From the NCBI RefSeq assembly GCF_052425735.1, contig NC_135771.1, positions 9,672,001-9,736,000 on the forward strand: a DNA stretch of 64,000 bases, written 5' to 3'. The notes beneath the pieces were generated by a model, which was not told the origin of the DNA, did no database searches, and was given only the letters and a program-made list of their open reading frames with translations. Shown piece after piece: positions 48,090 through 59,343 of the stretch. A program made the position numbers and the translations under genes. This DNA comes from Oculina patagonica. Taxonomy: Eukaryota. Positions within the stretch are counted from its first letter, which is position 1; each line of letters starts with the position of its first letter.

Positions 48090-50165
48090 CATGTACAACC
48101 TAGTCAAAGCATTAAAAAAATTGCGACTACTCATGCAGCTCGTTTAGTTTATTTCTACTCTGAGTAGCTTATATTTCCTATTTTAATAGATTAATTAATT
48201 TTTATGCTGTAAAATATTCTATCATTTTTTTTTCTGTAAAATAAAATGGTTCCTATTGTTGTTGATTTCTTACAAGGTCTACAGCTCCCTACCACCTCCC
48301 CCACAGACCTGTACTGTCGTTTGGACAATAATAATAATGTTTCGATTGCAAAACGACACAGAATCTAATGCAAATTTCTCGTAATACATGCGGGCATCGT
48401 AATCTGTTACTTTAGGGTCTTTTAAGTGTTTTGTGATGCACTTCTTCTTTCCTGGACGTGTGCCTTTGCCGTGATAGAATGCCAAAGATAGAAGGGTCCA
48501 AAGCATTGCAAACTTTACCCGTATCACATTTAAAAGAAAGCTACACGTGTTGCTTTCTGCACGTGTCAACAGGGTCTTTAACGGGTCTTTTTTTTTTTCC
48601 TTGATCGTTTTGCGGGTTCATCTAACATAAGTCAACATAATGATGGATGAAATGTTTGTACGTTCACTTAGCTGGGGCTTTTAAAACACTATAAAACACC
48701 TTTTCAATATCACTGAAATCATTTCATCCTGGAGGTTTTTTCGGTGTTGTCAAGACTTATACATAGCCTGAAGAAGAAACCGAATTTGACAGACACGACA
48801 AAGATAATGACGCCGCATGCATTATACAATCAAAGATTGCCAAAACTGATTATAATCAGAAGGATGTGCAGTTTTACTTAATGTCATTATTTCATGCGCG
48901 TTTATTTTATGGTAATTTCTTTACTCTCCTGCGTGTGCATCAGGTTAACCACCATTCTGTTTTTAGAGAGTGGATACTCAAGTGTTTATTCACATTGATT
49001 CACATGCTTGACCACGTGCTGGGGAACACGTGACTGAGATGCCGAGAAAATAACGGCATAGCCGTCACGAGAAAACGCTCTTATTTTCATCATTTGAACT
49101 TGTCGAATTATTTATCGCTGCAAAATGGACGATTATGAGCCGAGAAGAGAAGGAGATAGATAATCTACGCCTGAACGTAGATGCACAACGACAAACTGAA
49201 CATCAATCACAATATATATTATTGAATATTGTTTGGTAAGAAACATATTTTATAGCTAAAGCTGGCTCTATTTTGGACATTATTCTACTGAGGAAGGGAT
49301 AAGCTCGAAACGTTTAGAATGAGCCTAAATATTTTGGCACTTTTTATTTAACTTTTGTTTTGCTTTTAACTACTAAGTCTTCATTTTTCAGTTCAAACTG
49401 CGGATATCTATTTTAGATAGCCGTTTGACGGCGCAAGATTACGATCCTAGGTGACATGTTCTTGGCATCAGTATTTGAGGTAGTTCAATTAATACATGAC
49501 AAATCGAACTAGATCAAAACGTTTAAGGATTTTACAGTGGCTAGAAAGAAAATCGGCAATTTACCCAAATCTAACTGAGCTCAACTGCGTTTTTCAGTGC
49601 AGGCAGCTATTTAGCCACGCATTTGCTAGCCCCGTATGTATACAATAATATAAGCAATGCAATTTTTAGAAAAGCAGCGTACTGTTCTGTAGGTGTGTTG
49701 CTCATATTGTAACTCTAATTGTTATGTGAAGTTGATTATGTAATTATAAGTGCGTCAAACCCTGTAATTGTTATGTTATTCCAAAAAATGTGTACAAGTT
49801 GTTAAGCAGATTTCGCCATAATTAATAAAAGTTTTATTCACTTGGGAACTCTTTACATATGTTGCAGGTACAACTACGCGTACATTTTCATAATCACTGC
49901 TTTCAAAATCTTAATCCAAGAATATATGAGGACATTTCTAAGTCTTATCTCTTCCAAAATCACTCGTCTGTGTTTGATCACTCCAGCAAACAGTTAGTAT
50001 TGGTTTTCTTTGACCAATACGATTGATACAGCCACAACAACTTGAGATAAAGTGAAATTTAAAACAATTCAAGTAAACCCAAAACTAAGAGTTCTCATTT
50101 ACTGAGATTCCTTTGCTAATGTTTCTATTGGTTAATCTACTTTGGGTTTTTATCACGGGGACGTC

Positions 50166-50903
50166 TTAGCGACACCCACATTCCTCAACAATCATCTCCT
50201 TAAAAGTGTGCATCACGAACATTCCACGGCGTGCAAGGTAATAAGTGAAAGACATCGGCCGCAGTTTGGTCGGGACACAGCATGCCTCGCCATCCGTTTT
50301 ATTGCCGTTTCTCTCCTTTAAGACGGCCATAAGCAAAGAGTGCGGAGTGACGAACTTGTTCTTCTGTGATAGGGAGCACTGGCCTTTGCACTGATAGGCG
50401 TTGAAACTCTCAGGGCCGATGACCTTGGTGGACAAGCTAAGATCTGCTGTGTGGACGATCATGTCCATCTTTCGGCAGGCATCAACTTCGTCTTCGGTCT
50501 TTGCTGGAAGAACGTCAGCGCGGCCATAGGAAGCTAAATAAAATGAGGAAGAGAACGGATGATCATTAACTTTGTGAACTTCTGATTGCCTTAATTATTT
50601 ATTAAATGGCTCCTGACAGAGCCTTGGGAACTAACAAAGATGGATGACAGAGAAAATTGATTCTATTCCTTTTTGTAAATTCATGTAAAACGTGGTTGCA
50701 CGATCTACAGATGCGATGTAAGGCACGCCCATTAAAACTCCTAAAGAAAATTCCTTTCGCATAGGAACTTTTCACGCATTGCATCAACAACAAAGAAAAC
50801 GGGCTCTTTCTAGTTCTTTATTCTCACCTTTTCGGATCACAGATGTACTCGCCAAGTACAACTGCGAGGCGAAAATCAAGAAAACCAGCTGCGGCATCGT
50901 CAT
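50166..50903 (-). CDS. TGF-beta/BMP superfamily ligand, 2 exons, ~147 aa, apparently without a prodomain
   Basis: Exon 1 50903-50828 (MTMPQLVFLIFASQLYLASTSVIRK, donor AAG|GTGAG) and exon 2 50533-50166 (acceptor TTTTATTTAG|) join in frame (444 nt). Seven-Cys knot: CRK..CKGQC..CCVPTKL..MIVEECGCR. Confidence 0.88.
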
Positions 50904-51603
50904 GGTGTTAACGGCAAGCTTTTGATAGCGTCAAGTTGATCCTTCGAATGCCTCCACGAAAGTGACCCAAAGATGGTTGCGGCTGTCACTATATACTAAG
51001 CACGCCTCCGCGTGTTGCCTAAACCAATAGCACTCACACATTTGATGTTTGTGTTATTCTAGAAGCTTTATAATTTTGAATAGAAAAGGAAGCTCTATCA
51101 CTGCGTTAACGATACTTCCATAATTTCTTAATAATGTGTATGGCTTTGAAGAAGGCCTTGACCCCAAAAGGGAGTATTGTTATTAAAACAAGTTAAATCT
51201 TCTAAAACTGTTTACCTTATAGTGAAAAGTGTGGAATGTCAATATACTGTATATTGACAAAAACGTGTTTATTTATAGTGTTTGTTATGTTTTCAGAAAT
51301 AATGAGGTGAATCGAAAAATGTGTGTCGGTCAGTTCTTGATGAATAGTGCAATGTCGTCAGTGTAATATTTTCCACTAACCACACTGCTACAGTAAACAA
51401 TCTTCGTGCCCCGCGGACTTGTAACTTTGTCTTGTTTGTTTCCGGCTCGATCAAAAAAGATAAACAGGAGTGGTTGATTGGAACTTTCAAGCTTTATCAA
51501 AAGAGAGTCGACTGGAGCCGAGGTTTAAGAGTTACACGACACTTCTTTTATACCCTTTCATTCCATCGACTATTAGTCAACGAGCTACGCGAAAGTCAAT
51601 TGA

Positions 51604-52120
51604 CATTGTTCATATTATCTGAGTACAAATTCTCGTGGACTGGGTTCAAGGTCTGAAAAGTTCTGCGTGCACTTCCGCGGAAATCGATCGAGCCTTTCAT
51701 AATAGTAAACAAAATAATCCCAGCAATGTGTAAACAGATTTTGTAGTGTCTTCGTACTTCCTAAATTTAATAACAATATCATGACATCTACGGGTTGCGG
51801 GAACTGCATGGTCTTTTATCGCGGGTTTTAAAACATCTGTACTTCCTACAGACTGAGGCAATTTCCATTGTTGTCCATTGTTCATATTATCTGTGTACAA
51901 ATTCTCGTGGACTGGGTTCAATGTCTGAAAAGTTCTGCGTGCACTTCCGCGGTAATCGAGCCATGCATTCAAAATAGTTAACAAAATAATCCCAGCAATG
52001 TGCAAACAGATTTTATAGTGTTTTCGTACTTCCTAAATTTAATAACAATATCATGACGTCTCCGGGTTGCTGGAATTGCATGGTCTTTTATCGCGGGTTT
52101 TAAAACATTTGTACTTCCTA
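51604..52120. repeat. Two-copy tandem repeat, period ~272 bp
   Basis: CATTGTTCATATTATCTG starts at 51604 and 51876, and the copies are colinear. Confidence 0.9.
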
Positions 52121-52796
52121 CAGGGCCGAAGCCAGAACAAAATCATGACTGAGGCAATTTCCATTGTTAAATTGTCTATCTAGATAGTGACTCTGCCCCT
52201 TCAAAAGAAAATAACAAAAAACGGAAAAAACGATTGAGGCAAGTGACTCGGTTTGCCTCAAAGCGGCTACGGCCCTGCCCTAGACAGAAAAAAAAAAACA
52301 ATATATGGAAATAACTTTTCATTTTGCATGTTAATCCCTCAAAAAAGCTGTATGAAGCTTAGGATTTCTTTCACGAAGTTGAAAGTGCGTAGACGATATA
52401 GTAACTTCGCGTTGGCCTATGCAAGAGTGTTTTACTTATCAAAATAACCCTCGCCGAAATTGTTATCGGGGGATGCATAGTTAACGTACGTTCCTGTTTC
52501 CCTTAGACAAGAGAATGCTGGCACGGTTAAGTAAACAACTTTTCTCTTTTCGAAAGAATGTAAATAACTGATTAAACGGAAATTTTTACTGATCAGATAA
52601 AGGCTGGTTGTTTCTGGGCATAAGTACAACCATAAGCATTAGGACATAAGAAGAAAGCACACTCACTCAGTCATAATTTGTTTTCCTGGTTTATAGGGTG
52701 AAATTTAAATTTTATCCAATCTTATGTTGTTTTCCCCTGGTGATATTCGAATAGCTAAACGTGCATGTGCTTTGATGCTCAGCATTTATATATTCG

Positions 52797-54115
52797 CACG
52801 TGTAAGGGTCATCACGTGTAATAATCAGTTATTTTTAAGCTGGTGTCAAGTGGCCATAAGCACAAGTATTATCGCATAAAAACGCACGTTTTGTCGGTCT
52901 TAAATTACTTTGCTGGTTTTGGGATCTAAATTCGAATTGTTTTCCACTGTACGTTGATATGACAAAGACTTGAACTCCGTTCCACACGTGTCAATAGCTA
53001 CACGTGTCAATATTGTTTAAAACTGCTCACTTTTCCCACACGTGCCAAGATCTTCACGTGCGATAATCAATTATTCTAAAGCTGGTCGCACAACTTTTTT
53101 ATGTTTCAGGCATATAAAATTATTTCATTTAATCTTGTGATTATTTCACAAGATTAAGCATATTAAAGGGTAGGGATATCGGTCATTTAGGTATTTAAAA
53201 GGGCCTACAATTAAAATATTTCAAACAGACGCACCTTATGACTGTATCATTTAAATTTATTAAACGCTACATAAAAATGGCATCAAGACTTCCTGTTTTA
53301 GGCATATGTCATGTCTTTTCGGTGTATGAAATTGGTACCTTTTAGCTTTTTTCAAGAAAAGGTACACGGAAGGGGTGCATTTTCTGTCAAAATGGTACAT
53401 AAAAGGGTAAATAAATACAAGAGGTTGGACCTCGGGGCAAAGCCTCCCATTAGAAAAGCTTTTTGAGCCGTCCCCCGGAAGCGGGCGACCCTCGTTGCCG
53501 GCGCTTCGCACCGTTTGCGTGTTTCAGGAAGCCTGCTCGCAGGCTACTAGGAATTGGCTTAAGCATAAGCCCAAGGAGAACGAACAATGCTGTATTCTTG
53601 AGCGCGCTGATGTTAGACATGTATTTCTTGTGGACGGCATAAAAAAACTGTGTTCGTTCTTCTTATTCGCTTATGCAATTCTTGTGTTTGTACTTGCAAT
53701 CATTGGTCATTTTCAGTTGTTAGTAGACGTAAATCAATCAGTTTCATAGTTTCCCCCTCTTTATTTTGATAGGAAAAAGCGCCGTTATAAACACGTGTTT
53801 AGTAATGACTACACGTGACGATGCTAATTAATAATTATTTATCCGCGCACGTGTCAGGGTCTTCACATGTAAAAAATTCTCAATAATCTCCCTAACACTC
53901 CACGATTTGATGCTGGTTTATGGGGCATAATTTGACACGTAACTTCAAATATCTTTGTCCTTAAGGCCCGGTTTAACTTTTATTTGTGTACACTTGTTTT
54001 TCCCTTGTTGGAATAAGAATAGGATAGAAACACCGTTCAACACATGTTAATAGATAACTACACGTGCTGATGTTGTTCACTCTCAGTTATCCACATGTGC
54101 CAGCTTCTTCACGTG
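52797..54115. promoter_or_regulatory. Cluster of paired E-boxes (11 CACGTG + 3 CACATG) in a degenerate ~250-bp repeat upstream of the TGF-beta-like gene
   Basis: CACGTG at 52797, 52813, 52985, 53001, 53039, 53055, 53792, 53812, 53848, 54061 and 54110. CACATG at 53864, 54041 and 54092. Confidence 0.5.
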
Positions 54116-54339
54116 CAGTAATCTGTCTAACTGTGTAACATTACACGATTTGTTACTGGTTTATACGACCTTTTTACCAGGCCGTTACCAGACCTTTGCC
54201 ATAGACGAGGCAAGATCTTGCTAGTAAGTTCTGGAGCATACCCTACAGAAAATTTTGAAATCTAGAAGCTACGAATCTCTTTCAGAAACATTTTTCATGA
54301 GGCCGTAATCCGGACCCCCCCCCCCCCCCCCCCCAAATC

Positions 54340-54383
<44 letters not shown>

Positions 54384-55408
54384 TTTCCCCCCCCCCCCCC
54401 CCCCCTACGGTATTTCTTGAGAAAAATCAATCTTGTTCGACTGGGGATTATTTTCCCAACAAAACATATTTTGTTTCGGTTTTGGGTAAAAATTTAGACG
54501 AGGCAAGTGGCTCGTCTTGCCTCTTGCTAGTTACGGCCCTGTTTTATGGTGATTATTCTTCCAGCTATTTTCGTAATAGAACAGCTTTTCCCATAGAGTG
54601 TAGTCAAATTATTTTGTCTAAAGGGCTTCTGGGGAGCACCAAACCAAGTCCCGGGTATTCAGTTTTGACTTGACAGCCTTCTTCCTTCTAGAAAAGCCGC
54701 AAAGTATTGGGTTTATTTGTTTTCAAAGGTAGAGATAAAAAAAATGTTTGTTTCCGCCAAAAGCGCGTGCATTGAATTGATTAGGTCAGTGCAACATTGA
54801 GTTACAGGAAGAATTCATTTCCAGTTTGGTAAACTGTAGTCCTTTTAATCTTTGAAAAATTCACAATTCTACACTACGGTGGAATAAGAACAATAAAACA
54901 GTTCAAAAAATTGCTATTATTACCCTTATCCGACCCGGCTTAATTGGAGGGTCGTAATGGGGTGGGAGGGGGGGGGGGGGATTGCTTTGACGGTTAAATT
55001 TTTACCGATTTTGACGGTTGACGGTTATTAAAAGAAAATTTCTTTCATGATTTCAAATTCATCATAAATTTTGTGTTTTGTTATATTAACCTTTGTGTTA
55101 AGGATTTTGTTTTTGTTCGTTCAGTAATGAAACCAAGTGACATTTTAACATTCTTCTCCAAGAATTCATATAACTATCTTTATCAATGCAGTTAATTATT
55201 AATTAATTAATGAATAATGAATATTAACATTTTGACACCGGAAATACTTTCAGATTAAAGCATGAAAACTGATTTACCAGTTAAAATAATTCTCTGAAAG
55301 CCAAAAGTTTGAAGTGAATAGCTAAAATCATGAGATTTGAAAGTTTGAAACGTTTTAGGTAAAAATTTTTTTGGGTTGGTATTTTTTTTTTTTTTGGTGG
55401 GGGGGACT

Positions 55409-55670
55409 TTGGGCGACTTAAGGCGACTTTTAGGCGATTTTAGCTTATTTTGCCAAAATTACGGGCGATTTGGGCGATTTAACGCGATTTTGGGCGACTT
55501 TGGGCGATTTTGAGCGACTTTAGGCAATTTTGGTTATAAAATTGCCTAAAGGTGACCGACCTAAGTACAGTTGTGGTATACATGTACATGGGAATTATCA
55601 TGGTACACCATAAAGAAATATCTATACTAGCGACTTTGGGCGACTTTAGGCGATTTGGGGCGATTTTGGG
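55409..55670. repeat. Short GGCGA(C/T)TT repeat array, probably transposon subterminal repeats
   Basis: More than ten copies of (G)GCGA(C/T)TT at 10-12 bp spacing. Confidence 0.65.
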
Positions 55671-55688
55671 TCCCAGAGTAGGCCTCAA

Positions 55689-55915
55689 CTCATTCGAAAG
55701 AGACAGAAGCTGATAAAAATCGCCGATAAGAGCAAAGATGGTTGGCAGATTGTCGCTGAATACGAGTCTGACGAGCTTACATCAGGATCAAAGAAGAAAA
55801 GCGCCTTAAAAAAAGCCAGGGAGTGGCTGGTCGCAAACGTCGTTGAGAGCAGGCGAGCAACGATCGCGGGAAAAAAACAGAGTTTTGGTGCTTGTGCTGA
55901 CAATCAGCTTTTTCC
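55689..55915 (+). mobile_element. Degenerate fragment of a DIRS/tyrosine-recombinase retrotransposon ORF1 (gag-like)
   Basis: Translates LIRKRQKLIKIADKSKDGWQIVAEYESDELTSGS, a motif I recall from DIRS-type ORF1 proteins. It is frameshifted afterwards. Confidence 0.6.
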
Positions 55916-58676
55916 CGTTAAGACCTTATTTATCCAATGCCTCGTTTACTTTGTGATTTCTCTTAATTTGGACTCGCTTGCGAATCCAACCGTATTTCTT
56001 GTCTGCCTGATCGTTTACGGGAATTTAAGGTAAAATAATTTACGTTCGGTTGAGCGAAGCGAATTAGAACGTAACAAGCAAAAAAATATAATGCCGACAA
56101 CAGGTTAGCTGCTGGTACATGTCTCATCCAAGAGTTATATCAATACCCTGCATTGAGGGTGGGGGCCAGAGAGACAAAAAAATAACAAACTCACTCTAAT
56201 AGCTGTGTAGACATGGAAATCACTGTTGATATCTGCCAGTCAGCAAAGGAAAATATGCCCATCATGCATCTCTGCTCCCCTTTGTTCAAACCAAAATCGC
56301 CAAAAACCATCTGGTCAGAAAAGTACGCCTGCAAGGAGAACTTTGCACCATCTTTTGTCGTTGCCTCTACCCAGACTCCTAGAAGTCAAATACGCTACAC
56401 TGGCCTTATTCCAGGCTGAACCTAGATTAAGTTACCGATTGCGGAGTACGATTGAACACCGTGATTGGTAAAAACGAATTTCACTAAAAAAATCATCTAA
56501 TTTTCCAATTCTCTCTTTTTTAGCAACAGCCTCGAGGAGAATGCCGGAAATGATATTTCTGGCCCTCTTGAAATTGATACAAAACCTTTTATTTGTTTAT
56601 CTTAATTTAATAAAATATTGTGTCATAAACAAGATTCAGCATCGTGACTTGAATTAATTTAAAGAAAACTCGGAAACACAAGGGAAATTGAGATATGGCA
56701 CTAAGTGATCTACTTATAAGGAGATCAAAACAGTGAAACTAAAACTCGCTGTAATCGCGTTGAAACGGCCCCTAAACGCAAGTAACAAGACAGAACAGGA
56801 GACGTTAGTCATTTTTATTATTCTTTTCCATTTTTCGAACTTACATTTCCATACAAACTCCTATGTTAAGGATGTTACGCAATGCCATTTAATGTTCACG
56901 GCTCTCAAGGAGCTCAGGCTACCTGTAGCGGCCCGTAGAAATTGAAAGTTGACGCCATGATTGAAAATGTCTAATAAGTCTAATAATTACTTGTGTCATT
57001 GTTAATTTTGAAGAAGGTTTAGATTATTTAAGACGCGGGCTAATGTAGATTTATCATTTCGATTTGGACTTCTTATAGAGCGGTTCGCGAGGTTACCCAA
57101 GTTCTGATCCAGGAAACGAGTTAGCGATTGTAAGAAATACGTATCTCGCAGGAACTCGCAAAGGTAGGTGTTTTATTATGTTGTACTGAGAGTCTGTCAT
57201 TAATTTTCTCTCATATCAGTGGTGATTTGTATAATCGTTCATGCTCAGTTTCTGTATCCATTCTGTCTACCGAAGAGCACAAGAGTGAGGTTTGCCACAT
57301 CTTTTCTGTATACTGCAGCGCGCAAGAGCAAGGCTCGCGATATCATACGGTTTAGACCGTACCGAGAATGGATTAAGTTAAAGTGTTACAACATTTATAA
57401 AGGAATTTTTGTAAAATTGAAATTCATCAACCCTGAATGAGTGGTTGAGTGGATTATTCTGAAGCATTTTTCTTTGCCTGCCTGATCTCATAAAGTAAAA
57501 ACGAAGAATAAAGACTTTCACTAAAATTTCTTTCAGTAAAATCGGTTAACATCTGGACCAAAGATGCCATAAATAAACCGGTGCAATTTTTTCCTTATCT
57601 TGTAGAGAAAGTTCCTGTTGTTAACTGCCGCTGCTACTTTTGTATTCTTTCCACTCGGCAGGAAAGTGGTGAGTACAAACTTAATTTGATTTTCGCCTAG
57701 GCAATGGTTCATACTGCTCTTGAATAAATCTGAAATATCATATAGCTAAGTGTGTTATTTAAAATTACTTTTTTAATGCATAAGAATAAGAAATCTCTCG
57801 GTACTCAATAACGATGTTAGAATGCGAATAACTTAATAATAAAAACATTTTACCTTGTTAAAATTTCACTTTCTGGAGGTAAGAGATTGGATGAAGAGAT
57901 CACTCGCGCGTGTCATTTTTAAAGGGAGCACTAGACTGATTTTCTTATGACTTTGCGAGTTAAGACAAATGTTTTAAAACTCTGACGTTTTTAAACAGAG
58001 GCTCCGAAACAACTAAGATTTCTTTTCTCATTTCTCCTTTTTAATAAATTTTGTTGCGTGCAGTGCTAGAAAGATTGCAGTCTAAATTGAAAGCTAGTTC
58101 CATGGTAAGAAGAGTTCTAATACATATGCCATCGTGTTTTTGAAAGGGTTTATAAGATTTCTGTCTAGCAAATTATACTGATTTTACTGTCAGTTGTAGT
58201 TTTTCACTCGTTATACATTTCACTTTAGTAAATAAAGGTCAAAATTGAACTTTATATGGTTACATCACCTCGCATAAAAAGCCGGTCTATAAAGTATTCA
58301 TACAACACTGAAAAGGTAGCATTTAACATATACTAACATTTCCATGTTATTTGGTGTTTACATGTTCATCGAGACATTTTTACTTAAATGTTAAGACAAT
58401 ATAAATGGTACTCCTTTCTCGTGATTGAGGGTGAACAATTATTGGGACTGAGAACGTGACGTGACAGTCCTGATTTCACTTTTTGGCGATTTATTTTATG
58501 AAGGTAGAAGAACAAACCAAGTCATAGCTACATTACAGAAGACATGCGCTGTCGGTACCGAAATTGTAATTCGTCACAAATTACCAGTGACTGATCAGAA
58601 CAACGTACTGAGTGAGACGGGAGACTAACATCTTTATTTATGATTTACGTAGTTTTAGTTTTAATTAAAATTTAAT

Positions 58677-58957
58677 GCGGTTTCAGTGAAATGCGAACTC
58701 TGAAATTCAATCATCAACCAACGGTTTGCACTTTTTGCTGCCATCAATCATCATAGCGGTCCTCTCGGCAAACAAGTTCACTTCAACCGGGTCGAAAGGT
58801 CACGTCTGTCAGTTGAGATTGGTAGATTTCGATCCATTTTGTTTTCTGTTTTTTTGTGGTTCGTTAGCTGTCGGCATAATTGTGATTGACGGCAGCTAAA
58901 AACGCAAACGTTACTTGGATTTTAAATTTCAGAGTTCGCATTTCACTGAAAACCGCA
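58677..58957. mobile_element. MITE with ~30-bp TIRs
   Basis: GCGGTTTCAGTGAAATGCGAACTCTGAAATT ... AATTTCAGAGTTCGCATTTCACTGAAAACCGC. Confidence 0.8.
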
Positions 58958-59343
58958 ATAAGTGTAGCGAACGATTTGTTGGGGGAGAAAGTTTCTCTCT
59001 CCTCCGAGGGGTCTTTTGGGGGGGGGATGGGGGGGGGGGGGGGGAAAGGGGGGGGAAAAAGGGGGGACCCCCCCCTTTTTTCCCCCCCCCGGCGGGGGGA
59101 GGGAACAGTTTTTAGAAAAAACTTTCAGGTAATCTCAGTCCGTTCCAAATAGGCTATCATCTTCCGATCTGCCATCACTACGATCATTTAGTTCAGTGCA
59201 GTTTCCTAGCAGTGGTAAAGAAACGCAATAACTATAAATGTTCTCGATATCGTTAGGAGGACTTTTTCAAATGTACTACAAACATCAAAGGACTAATTTA
59301 ACTTTGATTTTATTCTCTTCTTATTCTGACAGAAGTGCTTGAC

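Noticed and set aside
54316-54405. Long poly-C/G runs (also ~59018-59103 and ~44717-45000) and poly-T at 48041-48086 as G-quadruplex or regulatory tracts
   Set aside because: Several fall inside MITEs and adjoin garbled sequence, consistent with low-quality consensus. Their lengths are unreliable.
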